From contig OX597819.1 in the NCBI GenBank assembly GCA_951406725.2, forward strand, positions 25,668,001 through 25,732,000: a stretch of 64,000 bases of DNA, read 5' to 3'. Shown here piece by piece: positions 41,268-54,059 of the stretch (its first letter is position 1; every line of letters begins with the position of its first letter). The stretch comes from Octopus vulgaris. Lineage: Eukaryota. Under the pieces are notes generated by a model. That model was not told the origin of the DNA, ran no database searches, and saw only the letters and a program-made list of their open reading frames with translations. Position numbers and translations under genes: made by a program.

Positions 41268-41660
41268 AAGTAGCTGTGTGGTAAGTAGCTTGCTAACCAA
41301 CCACATGGTTCCGGGTTCAGTCCCATTGCGTGGCATCTTGGGCAATTGTCTTCTGCTATAGCCCCTTGCCGACCAATGCCTTGTGAGTTGATTTCGTAGA
41401 CGGAAACTGAAAGAAGCCTGTCCTATATATGTATATATATATGTGTGTGTGTGTGTTTGTCCCCCTAGCATTGCTTGACCACCGATGCTGGTGTGTTTAC
41501 GTACCCCGTCACCTAGCGGTTCGGCAAACGAGACCGATAGAATAAGTACTGGGCTTACAAAGAATAAGTCCCGGGGTCGATTTGCTCGACTAAAGGCGGT
41601 GCTCCAGCATGTCCGCAGTCAAATGACTGAAACAAGTAAAAGAGTAAAAGAGTAAAAGAG
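41268..41660 (+). mobile_element. SINE family A (young, 5' end clipped)
   Basis: Close to 56200-56618; (GTAAAAGA)n tail. Confidence 0.92.
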
Positions 41661-41838
41661 TATCCTACGCCGTGTCCCAACGGAACATCAACATTAATGT
41701 GGTGTGGGAGTGTGACTACAGAGTGCACCCTTCCTGAGTAGCTTAGCATTGCAATTGTTTTACAGCAATGAATGATTGATAAATGTTTAATCGTTGATCT
41801 CAGGCATGAAAGAGTGAGGAGATGAGAGTGGTTTTAAC

Positions 41839-41884
<46 letters not shown>

Positions 41885-41892
41885 ATCTAAAC

Positions 41893-42121
41893 CTTTCTTT
41901 TACTTGTTTCAGTCATTTGACTGCGGTCATGATAGAGCACTGACTTTAGTCGAACAAATCGGCCCCCAGGATTTATTCTCTGGAAGCCTAGTACTTATTC
42001 ACGCAGTCTATTTTGCAGAACCGCTAAGATACGGGGACGTAAACACACCAACATCAGTTGTAAAGCGATGGTGGGGGAACAAACACAGACACACGGAAAC
42101 ACACATACACACTCATACACA

Positions 42122-42162
<41 letters not shown>

Positions 42163-42312
42163 GACGGGCTTCTTTCAATTTCTGTCTACCAAATCCACTC
42201 ACAAGGTTTTGGTTGGTTCGAGGCTATAGTAGGAGACACTTGCCCAAGAAGCCACGCCGTGGGACTGAACCCGAAGCCATGTGGTTAGGAAGCAAGCTCC
42301 TTACTACACAGT
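41893..42312 (-). mobile_element. SINE family A
   Basis: Homology; inverted relative to the 41268 copy. Confidence 0.9.
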
Positions 42313-42353
42313 TAATCCTCTATATGTATATATGTAGCTATGTATGTGTGTAT

Positions 42354-42390
<37 letters not shown>

Positions 42391-42394
<4 letters not shown>

Positions 42395-42660
42395 AAATAT
42401 TAGGGAATAAATCCAAACTTACAGGGAAAAATCAGATTTAAGATTGAATCCAATTTTATAGTAAAATATTATATTATATTAAATTAGAGATAAAACCACT
42501 ATTAGCCATGAAACGATCGTAGTGTTATATTAATTATATTTTTTAATAATTTTGATATATATTTAAATAATATAAATTAATTAATCTTATGTATTGGCTT
42601 AAGTTTTTCATTGTATGATTTGCCTAATAGTGGTTTTATCTCTAATTTAATATAATATAT
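42391..42660. mobile_element. PLE remnant with inverted ends and a hammerhead 3' half
   Basis: ATATTATATTAAATTAGAGATAAAACCACTATTAG is inverted at 42624-42658; TAGCCATGAAACGATCGTAGT resembles the 52330 motif. Confidence 0.65.
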
Positions 42661-42700
42661 ATATAGATAGATAGATATAAATATACACATACACACACAC

Positions 42701-42733
<33 letters not shown>

Positions 42734-44914
42734 TATATATATACACACACACAAAGGAAAGCTTTAGGAACATTTCATGATAGAGCTACAATATTTTATA
42801 CTAAGATTTTTTTAAAATCAATAATTAATATTATAGTTGTAAAAAATCATTTAAAATGAGGACATTAACACACACCTACTGGGAAGAACTTCTTGTGTAA
42901 GCGCTTTCCACTGTTTCCAGTTGTTCAAGCCCATATCATATATCACACACACACACGCACAAACACGCACATGTATATATGTATGTATTTGTGTGTGTGT
43001 ATGTGTGTGTGTGTGTAATTCACTTTTTCTTTAAGGTAGGAACAACATACAAATTATAGCATTCTGTGAGTGATAAATATCATTTAATGTACACTATTAA
43101 AATACAAGCAACTAATATTTTTTTGCCATAGAGAATTATATAACGTACTTTATGTTTGGAAGCAATATTCAAATTTTGGTCCATGGTTTGTTTTATTCGA
43201 AAATAGGACGCTGGTACATGAAAAATCACAAATAAAAATGAAGAATGTTGATACAAAAATTGAAATGAGAAGAGAAAAGGTGAATATAAACAGAAAAGGA
43301 AAGTAACGAAAAAGAAGAAAGTTAGAATTAAACCGTCTTCGACCAGCAGTTGTACAAAGTCTGTAATATGGTTGCTCAATCCGGAGGGGCGGTGTCCAGC
43401 AGTTTGATAAAAGAAATTTGTCCATATGCTATATGTTACTTTAGTAAAGGTGAAAAATCTTAGCACACTGTTACTCAGATTTGTGATTATCCCGAATATA
43501 TGGTCAACAATCACATGAAACTCTGAGCAACAGTTCGTGAAGGTCTTTTTAAAGCTTTAATAAAAAAATTTATTACTCTGCTGTTGATATTCGAGTACAG
43601 TTTTTTACCACCTACCTTGGACCTATGCGCTTCCTTGTGTGTATATGTGTTTGTGTGCGTGCATATATATTATACGTGAATATATATATATATGTGTACG
43701 TGTGTGTGCGTGAGTGTGCGTGTATGTGTGTGCGCGTGTGTGTGCATGTGTGTGCGAGTGTGTGTACATGTGTGTGCGTGTGTGTGTGTGTGCCTATAAT
43801 CACACACATAGAAAGAAAGAGAGAATAATATAAATATATATGAGACACACATACATACATATACATATCGAACACGCAGCAATTCTAACAAACATAAAAA
43901 ATATGAAAATTGTAAAAATTATTCCTCTCAGTAAATTAATATTTTCATACTCAGACATGTCCATGACACAGAAATATGTCAATGTTTGTGATATTGATTT
44001 AAAGGTAGATAAAAGATTCGAGTAAACTTTACATAAATCAGTGCAGGTAAAGTTTGTCATTGCATTAAAGCATAACATCACATAATTTAAGTTGAGTGAC
44101 ATTCACAGAAATCATTTTGTAAGAAGGATTTGTAAAATCCAGTTTGACAGGTCTGCTTAACTCATTCTAAGTGGGTTTAGGAAAATGAAAATAGTTCATA
44201 ATCTTTGTTTTACTTCTTGACAATTTTTAATCATCGTCTCTTTCCGGATTCAAAAATACCTATCTCTGAATATCTACCCTTTCTTTACTATTCCATCATC
44301 CATTTCCGCTGTTTTGTTTCCCTCATTCTCCAGCCATTCTCTGCCTTTTTATAACCCGTAAGAACTTGATGCTTGACGTTTCCAATAAATGCGATAGATT
44401 CATTGAAAGAAAAAAAAATTAAGCATACCGCTATATTTACAGATGAAGTATACGGAGTCCATGCAGTGTTGCTAGTATCTCAAAGACCAAACTAAAGAGG
44501 AGTCGAGCTATTATATACTATTGACTTAGTGCCCAAGCATTTAACACAAAACAGAATAAATAATAAAAAAAAATGACAGGAGATGCAGATGAGGGCAGCT
44601 GCATCGAACGCTCTCATGCACCAAATTGCAATTGCTAAAAAGTGCTCGTGAAGTAAAATCATATAGCAACACCAAATGGTGGTGCTCCAGCATGGCCACA
44701 GCTTGTGAGCTGAAATTAGATAAATGAAAAAATAAAAATATCACATACATAAAAAAGGAAGGATTCATTGAACAAGGTATTTAAACACACACACGCACAC
44801 ACACATAATTGAAAAACAAGAGGACAGTGGAAATTTATTCACATCCAAAACTTTTTTATTAAAAAGATTTCTATATAGGCGCAGGAGTGGCTGTGTGGTA
44901 AGTAGCTTGCTTAC

Positions 44915-46930
44915 CCAGAATGCAACACTAGTTGGTCTGGACTGTTACAGTGAGCAGATGTGAGTTTCGGCTCCGCGAATAGAAAAAAAGAACAAAAAGA
45001 AAAATTGTCAATTATAGCTCGCTATAGCGAGCAAAATACTGGGTTCTCATCATCGCAACGGTGAATTGAGAATTTTTTTGAAAGTTCTTGTGAATTCTAG
45101 TGGACGTATCTTGCCAGAAAAATAAGAATAAGCCATTTGGATTACCTTTTTGGAGTATTATACAAAGGATTCCCTGTCTGTGCTATTTGTAAGGTTTTTC
45201 TTTTGCTTTTCCCTTCTTCTATTTTTTCTTTCTTTCTAAATTTTGGTTCATTCTTTTTATTACTTTAATTTCAGTTTCCTCCCCTCCTCTTTTATTTATT
45301 TTTTTTTTATTCGGTTTAATTTTTTGGCAGACTGTCTTTTTAACTACTTTTGAACTGTTTTTTGACATGGCAGAGAAGGAACTTAAAAAGAAAAAACTCT
45401 GTCTTAGAGTGGGAAATTAACCCGCCTAAGCAGTGGTTAGAAGATATGGAGGAGAAGACGATGGTACTTAGAACGTATTCTAAAGTTCTTATTTCCATCA
45501 CCGTCTTCCAAAAACAAGTCATAAAAAATGAACTTAAAGAACATTTGTCCTCTGTAAAATATATATCCGTGGTGTCAAACATGCAACCGTATGGTTGCTG
45601 TTTGACAACGGGGAAAAGGCTCGCCAGTTTGCGAGTCAGCCTTTAAAAGGCAAGGAAATTTTGCTTCTCCCGTCATATTGTGGAAGAAAATTAATACGAG
45701 CCTGGGTATGTGGGCTTCCCCGGGCACCGAAGCGGATTGGATTGAAGATACCATCCGACGGGGACTGGGGGATGGTGGGCCCAGGCTCTTAAATGTAAGA
45801 GTATTGCCGGCGGTCGATTGGGAAGGGTCAAAATCGCTTTTGACCCTGTGGACCCCATCGGCCATAACAGATCTGGTTTTTCCAGATTTCTTGAAAATGG
45901 CTGGCTGCAGGTATCCGGTGATACTTGAGGGACGTCCCCCAAAGTGTCACACGTGCCTGCAGCCAGGCCACAGTAAAATAACTGCCCCGAGGACCATGGT
46001 AAGGTCCTGGAACAGTCACTAAATGCCACCTCCCCTACTCGGTCAAAGGGAGAGTTGGATGTGGTCTAGAGAGGCTTCAGCCTCCTCAACTCAAAAAGGA
46101 TTAAAAAGGAAGAAGGCGGGCAACAACAGGCTTCGGAAGGCGGGGGAGAGTCTCCGGACAAAGCGGAAGAGCTCCACTCTCCCGAAGCCAGGAAAAAAAA
46201 AAGAAGGAAGAAGAACGGGTCATCTCAGCGGGGAGATGATGTGCCGACTGCATGTCCCGAAGTTGTTCCACCCACGGTGGAGGAAACCACCCCACCCTTA
46301 CAGATGATCAATTAATTATCTTTTTCGACAAGGGCGGGGAGGTGGAAAAATAGTAGAAGAACATAAAGAAACAGTAGATATGCCCTTCACACGGGATCCC
46401 GAATGGCCTCCGCAGATAGCTGTGGAGGTCATAAGGTTTCCCTTGTGGGAAAGGCTTAAAGGATTTGGGGAGGAGTGTCGCATATGGCCGTGTGGCCGTT
46501 ACACGACTTACATGTCCTACATGAGTGAGGCATGGGAAATGGCGGGATACAGGAACTCAAGCGGCATTGAAGATAATGATGAATATATCGATGGATATAT
46601 CGAAGAGTAGGAGGTGAAAGACCCTCGTTACTGGGTTTGAAACCTCATCTTATTGGATTATTTTGTAGTGGTTTATAACCTCAATTTTGTGCTTTAAGAA
46701 AGAAAAAAGAAAACATGTTAAGTAAGAGGTTTTAGTGCCTCCTCCTTGTAAGAGGTTTGAAACCTCATATTGATTTAAAAAAAAAAGAAAATATGTTTTC
46801 GAGAAAAATCCAATCGGCGGGTGTTGGGTTTCGTCTCTCATTTATTCACTATATTTCATTTTCATTCATTAATGTGTTTGTCCAGCCCGCAAAGCTCTTT
46901 GTACTGTCTATATGACAAATTTATGAAATA
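44915..46930 (+). mobile_element. ORF1-only non-autonomous non-LTR retroelement 2
   Basis: Perfect 15-bp TSD AAGTAGCTTGCTTAC (44900-44914, 46931-46945); AATAAA at the 3' junction; one decayed ORF; no RT. Confidence 0.88.
45367..46639 (+). pseudogene. Frameshifted ORF1/gag-like protein with CCHC-type knuckle
   Basis: MAEKELKKKKLCLRV..PPKQWLEDMEEKTMVLRTYS...FDNGEKARQFASQPLKGKEILLLPSYCGRKLIRAWV...LEGRPPKCHTCLQPGHSK...GIEDNDEYIDGYIEE*EVKDPRY. Confidence 0.8.
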
Positions 46931-47707
46931 AAGTAGCTTGCTTACTAACCACATGGTTCCGGGTCCAATCCCACTGCATGGCACCTTGAGCAAATGTCTT
47001 CTATTATAGCCTCGTGAGTGGATTTGGTAGACGGAAACTGAAAGAAGCCGTCGTGTGTGTGCGCGCGTGTGTGTATGTGTGTATATGTTTGTGTGTCTGT
47101 GTTTGTCCACCCAACATCACTTGACAACCGATGCTGGTGTGTTTACGTCCCCGTAACTTAGCAGTTCGGCAAAATAGACCGATAGAATAAGTACTAGGCT
47201 TACAAAGAAGAAGGCTTGGGATCGAATTGCTCGACTAAAGGCGGTGATCCAGCATGGCCTCGGTCAACTGACTGAAAGAAGTAAGAAAGTAGAAGAGTAT
47301 ATATATATAACAATGAGCAACATATTTTTCTGCCGCGGCACATGTTTCTGCACATTGCTCTGTAAGCAATTATGCATTCTGGTCACTGCAGTTTCATTAA
47401 GGGTCCCTCGCGATATTTTCAAAATGAAAAACAAGCTTCCTGCGTTGGTATTCAGTAGAGGATGATAGCGTTTCTTTTTAAACCGAATTTAATTTTGGTC
47501 TTACAATCACCTCTACTAGTATTACAGTTGAATCGTGGTCTTAGAATGTTTATTTATATTAAAATTAATTGTAGCAGTGTTGTTCACGTTTTACTGTATG
47601 GAGTATATTATTTATTCAGAGGTATTTCACTTAATTTGGGTGTATATCCTTAATTAATATTATTGTTATTATTATTATAATTATATTTATTAGTATTATA
47701 TGCTAGA

Positions 47708-47754
47708 TGGATAGATCGATAGACAGCTAGAGAGAGAAAGAGAGAGAGATAGAC

Positions 47755-47849
<95 letters not shown>

Positions 47850-47881
47850 CAGATAGAGAGATAGATAAATAGACAGACAGA
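47708..47881. repeat. (GATA)n microsatellite
   Basis: Seen directly. Confidence 0.95.
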
Positions 47882-47894
47882 CTGTTAGGTAGCT

Positions 47895-48492
47895 TTGAAC
47901 CAGAGATAAAGTAACAATCCATGAAGTAGAAACAACCCTCCTCACCTGCTTCGATATAGGCCAAGGTGCTTTCATCTGCAGGGACGATATTGGTCTCAGT
48001 ATTTGCGGATGCAAAAGGCATTGTATTTATTGACTATCTTCAAAAGAAACTCACCGTCAATACAGAGTACCATACCAACTTACGAAAGGCTATCGTGATC
48101 AAAGCCCAGGAAAACTGACGAATGGAGTCTTGTTTCATCAGCACAAAAGTCCTTCGTTTCAATTGCTGTTGTGTATTACTGTGGCTTTGAACGGGTTGAA
48201 CACGTCCCTTTTCTGATTTCGCCCCATCTGACTATCATCTATTCCCCAGCATGAAAAATTGCACTTGGCCTTGGCTGAAAAGCAGTGTCGCAGAGATGAT
48301 AGCATCATATCTACTGATGATAACTTTTTTGACCAACTCGATTAAATCCTCTTCACCAATGAAATCCAAGGACTGCAACAGCGATGGAAGACGTGAGTGG
48401 TCAGTAGGAAGACAATGTTGAAAAATAAACCTTATTTAGTCACATTCCATGAGAGTATCTGGTCGGCCTTTGGACTTTTCAGCCGACCTTAG
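47895..48492 (+). mobile_element. Decayed mariner 3' half
   Basis: KVLSSAGTILVSVFADAKGIVFIDYLQK and DFAPSDYHLFP motifs; TIR-like end. Confidence 0.85.
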
Positions 48493-49754
48493 TATTTGCT
48501 TATAATTCTCTAAAATATCAATTTCCGTGTTAGTTTATAAATCGGAAATATGATCCTAACATGTAAGGAGAAAACATTAAAATATTGCATTAAATGTTTT
48601 AGCTTTAGAAAAATTTATGATGATGGAACCAATGACATTATGGTTTGATTAAATATTTATTCACGGATTTACGCCTACATCATCTCCTGATGAAGTTAAT
48701 ATTCTTTGAAGCTTAGTACTGGACCGATATTATGGTTATATTTAATCCAGATGTACTGATATAAGAATCATCGGTGACTATAAACGACTGGGGATATGCC
48801 AGGCGTTAACCTTACTCAGATTTATAGGTTCGATCATACTCATCGTAGACATGCTGACTTTGATATATAAAAGGGAAGAATCCAACTAACTATATTTTGG
48901 ACGAGAAAGAGAAGTCGTGTATAGAGAATCAGAGAACTCTCGTGCTGGAGATGAATAACGTTTGGCACTAAATACAGTTTGGTGCATCTAGCGTGGACAC
49001 TACCAAACTAGCGAATTAGTCATCTACAGCACTATTTTAAATGTATGAATTGCAAGAAACAGTTAGGTTTCTTTCTTTAATATTTTACATAGATCAACTT
49101 ACTGAAGTTAATGTGTGAAAGACAAAATAGGAATTTTGAAAGAAGTATCTATAAGACCAGTTTTTAAACATCAAATTGCTATGGGGTTCCACCACAATGA
49201 AATAGTAATCAAAGGTCTCCATAGATATGGCTTAGAATCACGAGTGTACAGGGTAATTAATTACATGTGCTAGAAAGAGGACAGAGAGAGAGAGAGAAGA
49301 AAGAGAGGGGAAGAGAAAGAGAGACAGAGACAAAGAGATTGAGAGTGTAGAGATGGGTCTAACATATTTTCCATTTTAATTATGTAGGCGTTTCTTTTAA
49401 TGTCATCCGTAATGAAGCAAGCCTTCAATCAAAATCACACCATCCATGACCTCTTGTCCTTCTCATAGGATATAACATATTAAGACGGTGAATTGAAAGA
49501 TGAAATAAAGCATTATATCATATACTATGTGGTATATGTTGCGATTCTCTGATTTCGGTAGGTGAAATCCTCCTGAATTCAACTTTGCCTTTCATTCTAT
49601 GGTGTAGATAAAAAAAATGTTTCTATTCAAGACGGTGTATGGTTCCGTTAGAGAATGCTTTGCGGTATCTGTTCCAGCTTTTAGCATTTTAGTAGCGACG
49701 GCTGCGACAAACACTAGTCTCAAACTGTAATTATTGGCGGCTTTTCATTTTTAT

Positions 49755-49976
49755 TTTCTTCTATTCCTTTACTTGTTTCAGTAATTTGGCTGCGGCCATA
49801 CTGGAGCACCGCCTTAAAGGGATTTAGTTCAAAAAAATTGATCCTAGAACTTATTCTTTGTAAGCCTTACTGTTATTCTATCGGTCCCTTTAGCCGAACC
49901 ACTAAGTTACGGGAACATAAACACACCAACATCGGTTGTCAAGCGGTGATAGGAGTATAAACACAGACGCACACAC

Positions 49977-50064
<88 letters not shown>

Positions 50065-50758
50065 TTATTGTTGTTGTTATTGGCATCTTTTTTCTCGGGA
50101 GACAATGGAGTTGCGCATAAAATAATATAGTCCGGCTTTTACATTTCATGTCCTAATACACCTCCTGCTGTGGCTGTGTAGTCCTATCCTTGGACAAACA
50201 CTCCCTCTGTCAGGTGCGGCAAATGTAGCGAAGACTTTGCCTGGCTGGTTGTAATGTCATAGTTTCTTGTTGACGTCTTTTCTTGTCTTTCTATTTTTCC
50301 TCTCTCTCTCTCTCTCCCTCTGTCACTCCTTTGTGTTCCCTCTTTTACGGTACGTCGCCAATTTCCGCGGTTGATGGCAACTGTTTCCGATATAGTAAAT
50401 AAATAAAAAATCGGAGAACAAACAAGAAAAAACAACAACGCGAGCAAGGACGTGGTAGATGCAAAGTATTAGCAGTTGCTCAGGGAAGGAAAGATAGGTA
50501 GTTTTACGTTTCGAGCAAAGCTCTTCTTCAAAAACAGGAGACAGAGGAAAGTCCAAGAGAAAAGGAAGACGGGGAAAAAAAATCGCCAACGATTCACATG
50601 TTACATACGACGGGATCTGTTCAGTTTCCGTCTACCAAATCCACTCACAAGGCTTTGGTCGGTCCGAGGCTATAGTAGAAGGCACTTGTCCAAGGTGTGG
50701 GACCGAACCCGGAACCATGTGGTCGGAAAGCAAGCTCCTTATCACACAGCCGCACCTG
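49755..50758 (-). mobile_element. SINE family A split at its internal (TA)n (parts 49755-49980 and 50605-50758)
   Basis: Tail and body lie left and the head lies right, with ~540 bp of other sequence between. Confidence 0.75.
50501..50535 (-). ncRNA. Minimal type I hammerhead motif (U3, extra A after A9)
   Basis: GTTT-TTGAAGA-A-GAGC(TTT)GCTC-GAAA-CG-TA-AAAC. Confidence 0.7.
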
Positions 50759-50914
50759 AGCCTTTGGATTACAGTTGCAGTGTCGAAAGGAGAAACTTTG
50801 TCTGCATGGGAAACTGACAGTCCTCTTCAAAAACATCGTGCCCAGGCCCTAACCTGCATAATTATGTCCAGCTGCATAGGCAACTTTGTATGAGGAAGGC
50901 CCTAAAGCATACTG

Positions 50915-51335
50915 ATTTCAAATTTTGGCACAAGGCCAGCAATATCGGCAGAGGCAGTAAGTCGATTACATCAACCTCTGAGTTCAACTGGTACTTATTT
51001 TATCGACCTCAAAAGTATGAGAGGCAAAGTTGACCCGACGGTCGAGATGGCAGAAACGTTAGCACGCCGGGCGAAATGCCTAGCCGTATTTCGTCTGCCG
51101 CTACGTTCTGAGTTCAAATTCCGCCGAGGTCAACTTTGCCTTTCATCCTTTCGAGGTCGATAAATTAAGTACCAGTTACGCGCTGGGGTCGATGTAATCG
51201 ACTTAATCCCTTTGTCTGTCCTTGTTTGTCCCCTTTATGTTTAGCCCCTTGTGGGTAGTAAAGAAATAGGTATTTGAAATCAAAAGTTAAAGAAGGACGT
51301 AATGCCGCTAAACATTTTGCCTTAAAACCTTAACG
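50915..51335. mobile_element. Young family C SINE (+, ~51037-51270) inserted into an older family C SINE (-)
   Basis: The old copy breaks at ..AAAGTTGACC and resumes at ..TATTTGAAATCAAAAG. Confidence 0.85.
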
Positions 51336-52092
51336 AAATTACATAAAGCATAAATAGGAGAACTCCAAGATTCAAAAGGATCTCAAGGAAAATAGTTTGT
51401 TGTATGCACTAATTCAAGGTTCTGAGATCGAACTGTACAAAAATCAACTTTGATTTTTTGGTATTTTACATATCAGCTTATATATCATATATAAATTACA
51501 AGTCCATTACTGCGGGTGATTCTTCTATTTCTTATTGCTTTTGTTTGTTTTCTTGTTTATTTGTTTATTTTTTTGTTTGGTGACTTTTTCTTCTAGCTGC
51601 CCTTCTTTCTTTATTCATTTCTTTTTGGAAGAAATCTAAGGTGGAGAGGTAAGGGATCCATCAGTTTGAAAATACCCTCACCCCGAATGACGTGTTGCAA
51701 CGGGATGCTCACGAGACCGTTAGGTGTTACCATCCACATTATACAAGATGTTCCTTCGCTCTGAAAATGGCTACATGTAATTTGAAGGAGATTTTACTGA
51801 TATTAACAGCCACATACTGTTATCTAATTTATGCATTCATTTGTGAGGCTATGTTATGAACATTTGATAGACAACTATTTTCTTATGGATTTTGATCCTT
51901 CAAGTAAATGAATGTAATTTGAAATATTACTCTGATCTATATATACATATATATAAGTTTTCAAAGTGACATATATCGCTTCTGCCTCCGCTATAGCAAT
52001 CAGGGAAAAATTGTTGTAATTTCGTTATTTATTTTAAGTGATAACATTCGTACGTCTATATACATACAGGCATGGATGTCATATCAATATCA

Positions 52093-52172
52093 GGCACAGG
52101 GGTGGCTACGTGGTAAATAGCTTACTTACCAACCACATGGTTCCGAGTTCATTCCCACTGCCTGGCACCTTA
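52093..52172 (+). mobile_element. SINE family A head only
   Basis: A/B boxes followed by (TA)n. Confidence 0.8.
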
Positions 52173-52327
52173 TATATATATATATGTACATAATTTTGAG
52201 AAAAACCTCTATTAAACAATTCAATAATGAAAGATGTTATTCACACCTTATAGAAAAATATATTATAAAAAACTTATTCTAAAAATCAATACAGCACAAA
52301 AACAATAAATAGTAAATAGTAGTAAAA

Positions 52328-52576
<249 letters not shown>

Positions 52577-53547
52577 TAATAATAATAATAATCAATGTAC
52601 TTATCTTAACTTATACTAATCATCAAATAAATGGAAAATAATATGTGTATTAACTATAAATAATCGAAAAACATTTAACAATATTTCTTAAAATAAAAAG
52701 ATAACTTATCGAAGGAATTCTATTAACTAAAAATTTAAACATAATACGTAGAACTTAGCGTTTATAAGAAATATATCTCGTGAAAATATTGCACAAATAG
52801 AATTTATAGAATAGATAGAACTATGTATTTAAGCTACTAAAATTACAAATGTATTTTAGCTGTGAGAATAAGAAAAAATTTAACTTTAATATAACATTTA
52901 CTGGAAAATTGTAAAGTCTAAATAATTTAAAAATCTAAAATACGTAAAATAATATAATAAACATAAATTAAGCTAAATTTCTATAATTTAATCTATTTTC
53001 ATTAATTAATCCATTTATTTTAGAGACGTCTATGTTTCATCATATTCTAATTATGTAATATACACTATATAATTTCGTGCTAATTTATATACATTTTACT
53101 ACTACAAATTATAACTACAACAATGAGTAACATAAAGCAGGGTTTTTATATACATACACACAAGGTAGCTAAACTTATTATATAAGTTAACTAAACTTAT
53201 TATATAAGTAATTTAACTTATGTCTACATTTAATTTTTCTTTCGTCTAGTATATTGAACAATTTTTTATCTTAGTTAACAATATCTCCTTAAATTCGTTA
53301 CTACATAATAAACAAAAATTAATACCTATTTGATATAATTTAAATTGTAGTTAATATTGTTAGATTTTAGTTCCGATATATATTTACTAAGGCCAGTAGA
53401 ATTAATTCAATTTCTATTCTTAAAAGAATCCATGTGTTGAGCTACCCGTAATTTAATTTGATTAGAAGTCGACCCTAAATTAATCTATAAACAAAATCCC
53501 GATGCGAATGTTGTCGCACATAATTTTGATGCTGATACCGCAGGAAA

Positions 53548-54059
53548 TCTATATATATAAAACTGTAGTTGTGTGAGTGTCTCTCTCCTACGATTTAGAT
53601 TCCTAACTACTCCCACATTTTGCGGTGCAGTTTAACCAAATTCGGGTATCTTATAGTCGTGATTCATATCGAGCCCATCTGGGTATTAGCGCGCGTCTAC
53701 GATGAGTCTACGATTTAAAAAATAATTTAACATCATTTTTTTCCATTTTAACGCATATTTTTTCGTGTGTCGATGGCAGCGGAGTTGGCGTCCATGGTCA
53801 CACCTGCACCTGTGTTGCTTCTCCCCCTTCTTCCCTCCCTCGTGAAGCTGTGGGGAAGGGAGTATAAGGAAATCAACGTCGTAACGCGTTGTCAAGGAGA
53901 CCAGCGTTCTTTTAGAACAACGACTTCATGGCTTGAAGACACCAAAACAGAAATGGCTAAGAAAGCCCGAATTGGCATCTATAAGGGTAGTAACTCTCTA
54001 AAAATGCTTATATAGTTATTTCCCTTATAACCCCGAGCAACGCCGGGCGATACTGCTAG
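53548..54059 (+). mobile_element. Non-autonomous Helitron
   Basis: A|TCTATATATATAAAA 5' end; subterminal CCCGAGCAACGCCGGG hairpin; CTAG|T 3' end; no TSD. Confidence 0.9.

Larger units (their letters stand above)
44877..47298 (+). mobile_element. SINE family A split by ORF1-only element 2 (SINE parts 44877-44914 and 46931-47298)
   Basis: The head stops at ...GCTTGCTTAC and resumes at 46931. Confidence 0.9.

Noticed and set aside
41847-42392. 181-aa ORF and similar ORFs with RRHLPK...MWLGSKLLTTQ
   Set aside because: These are antisense translations of SINE family A.
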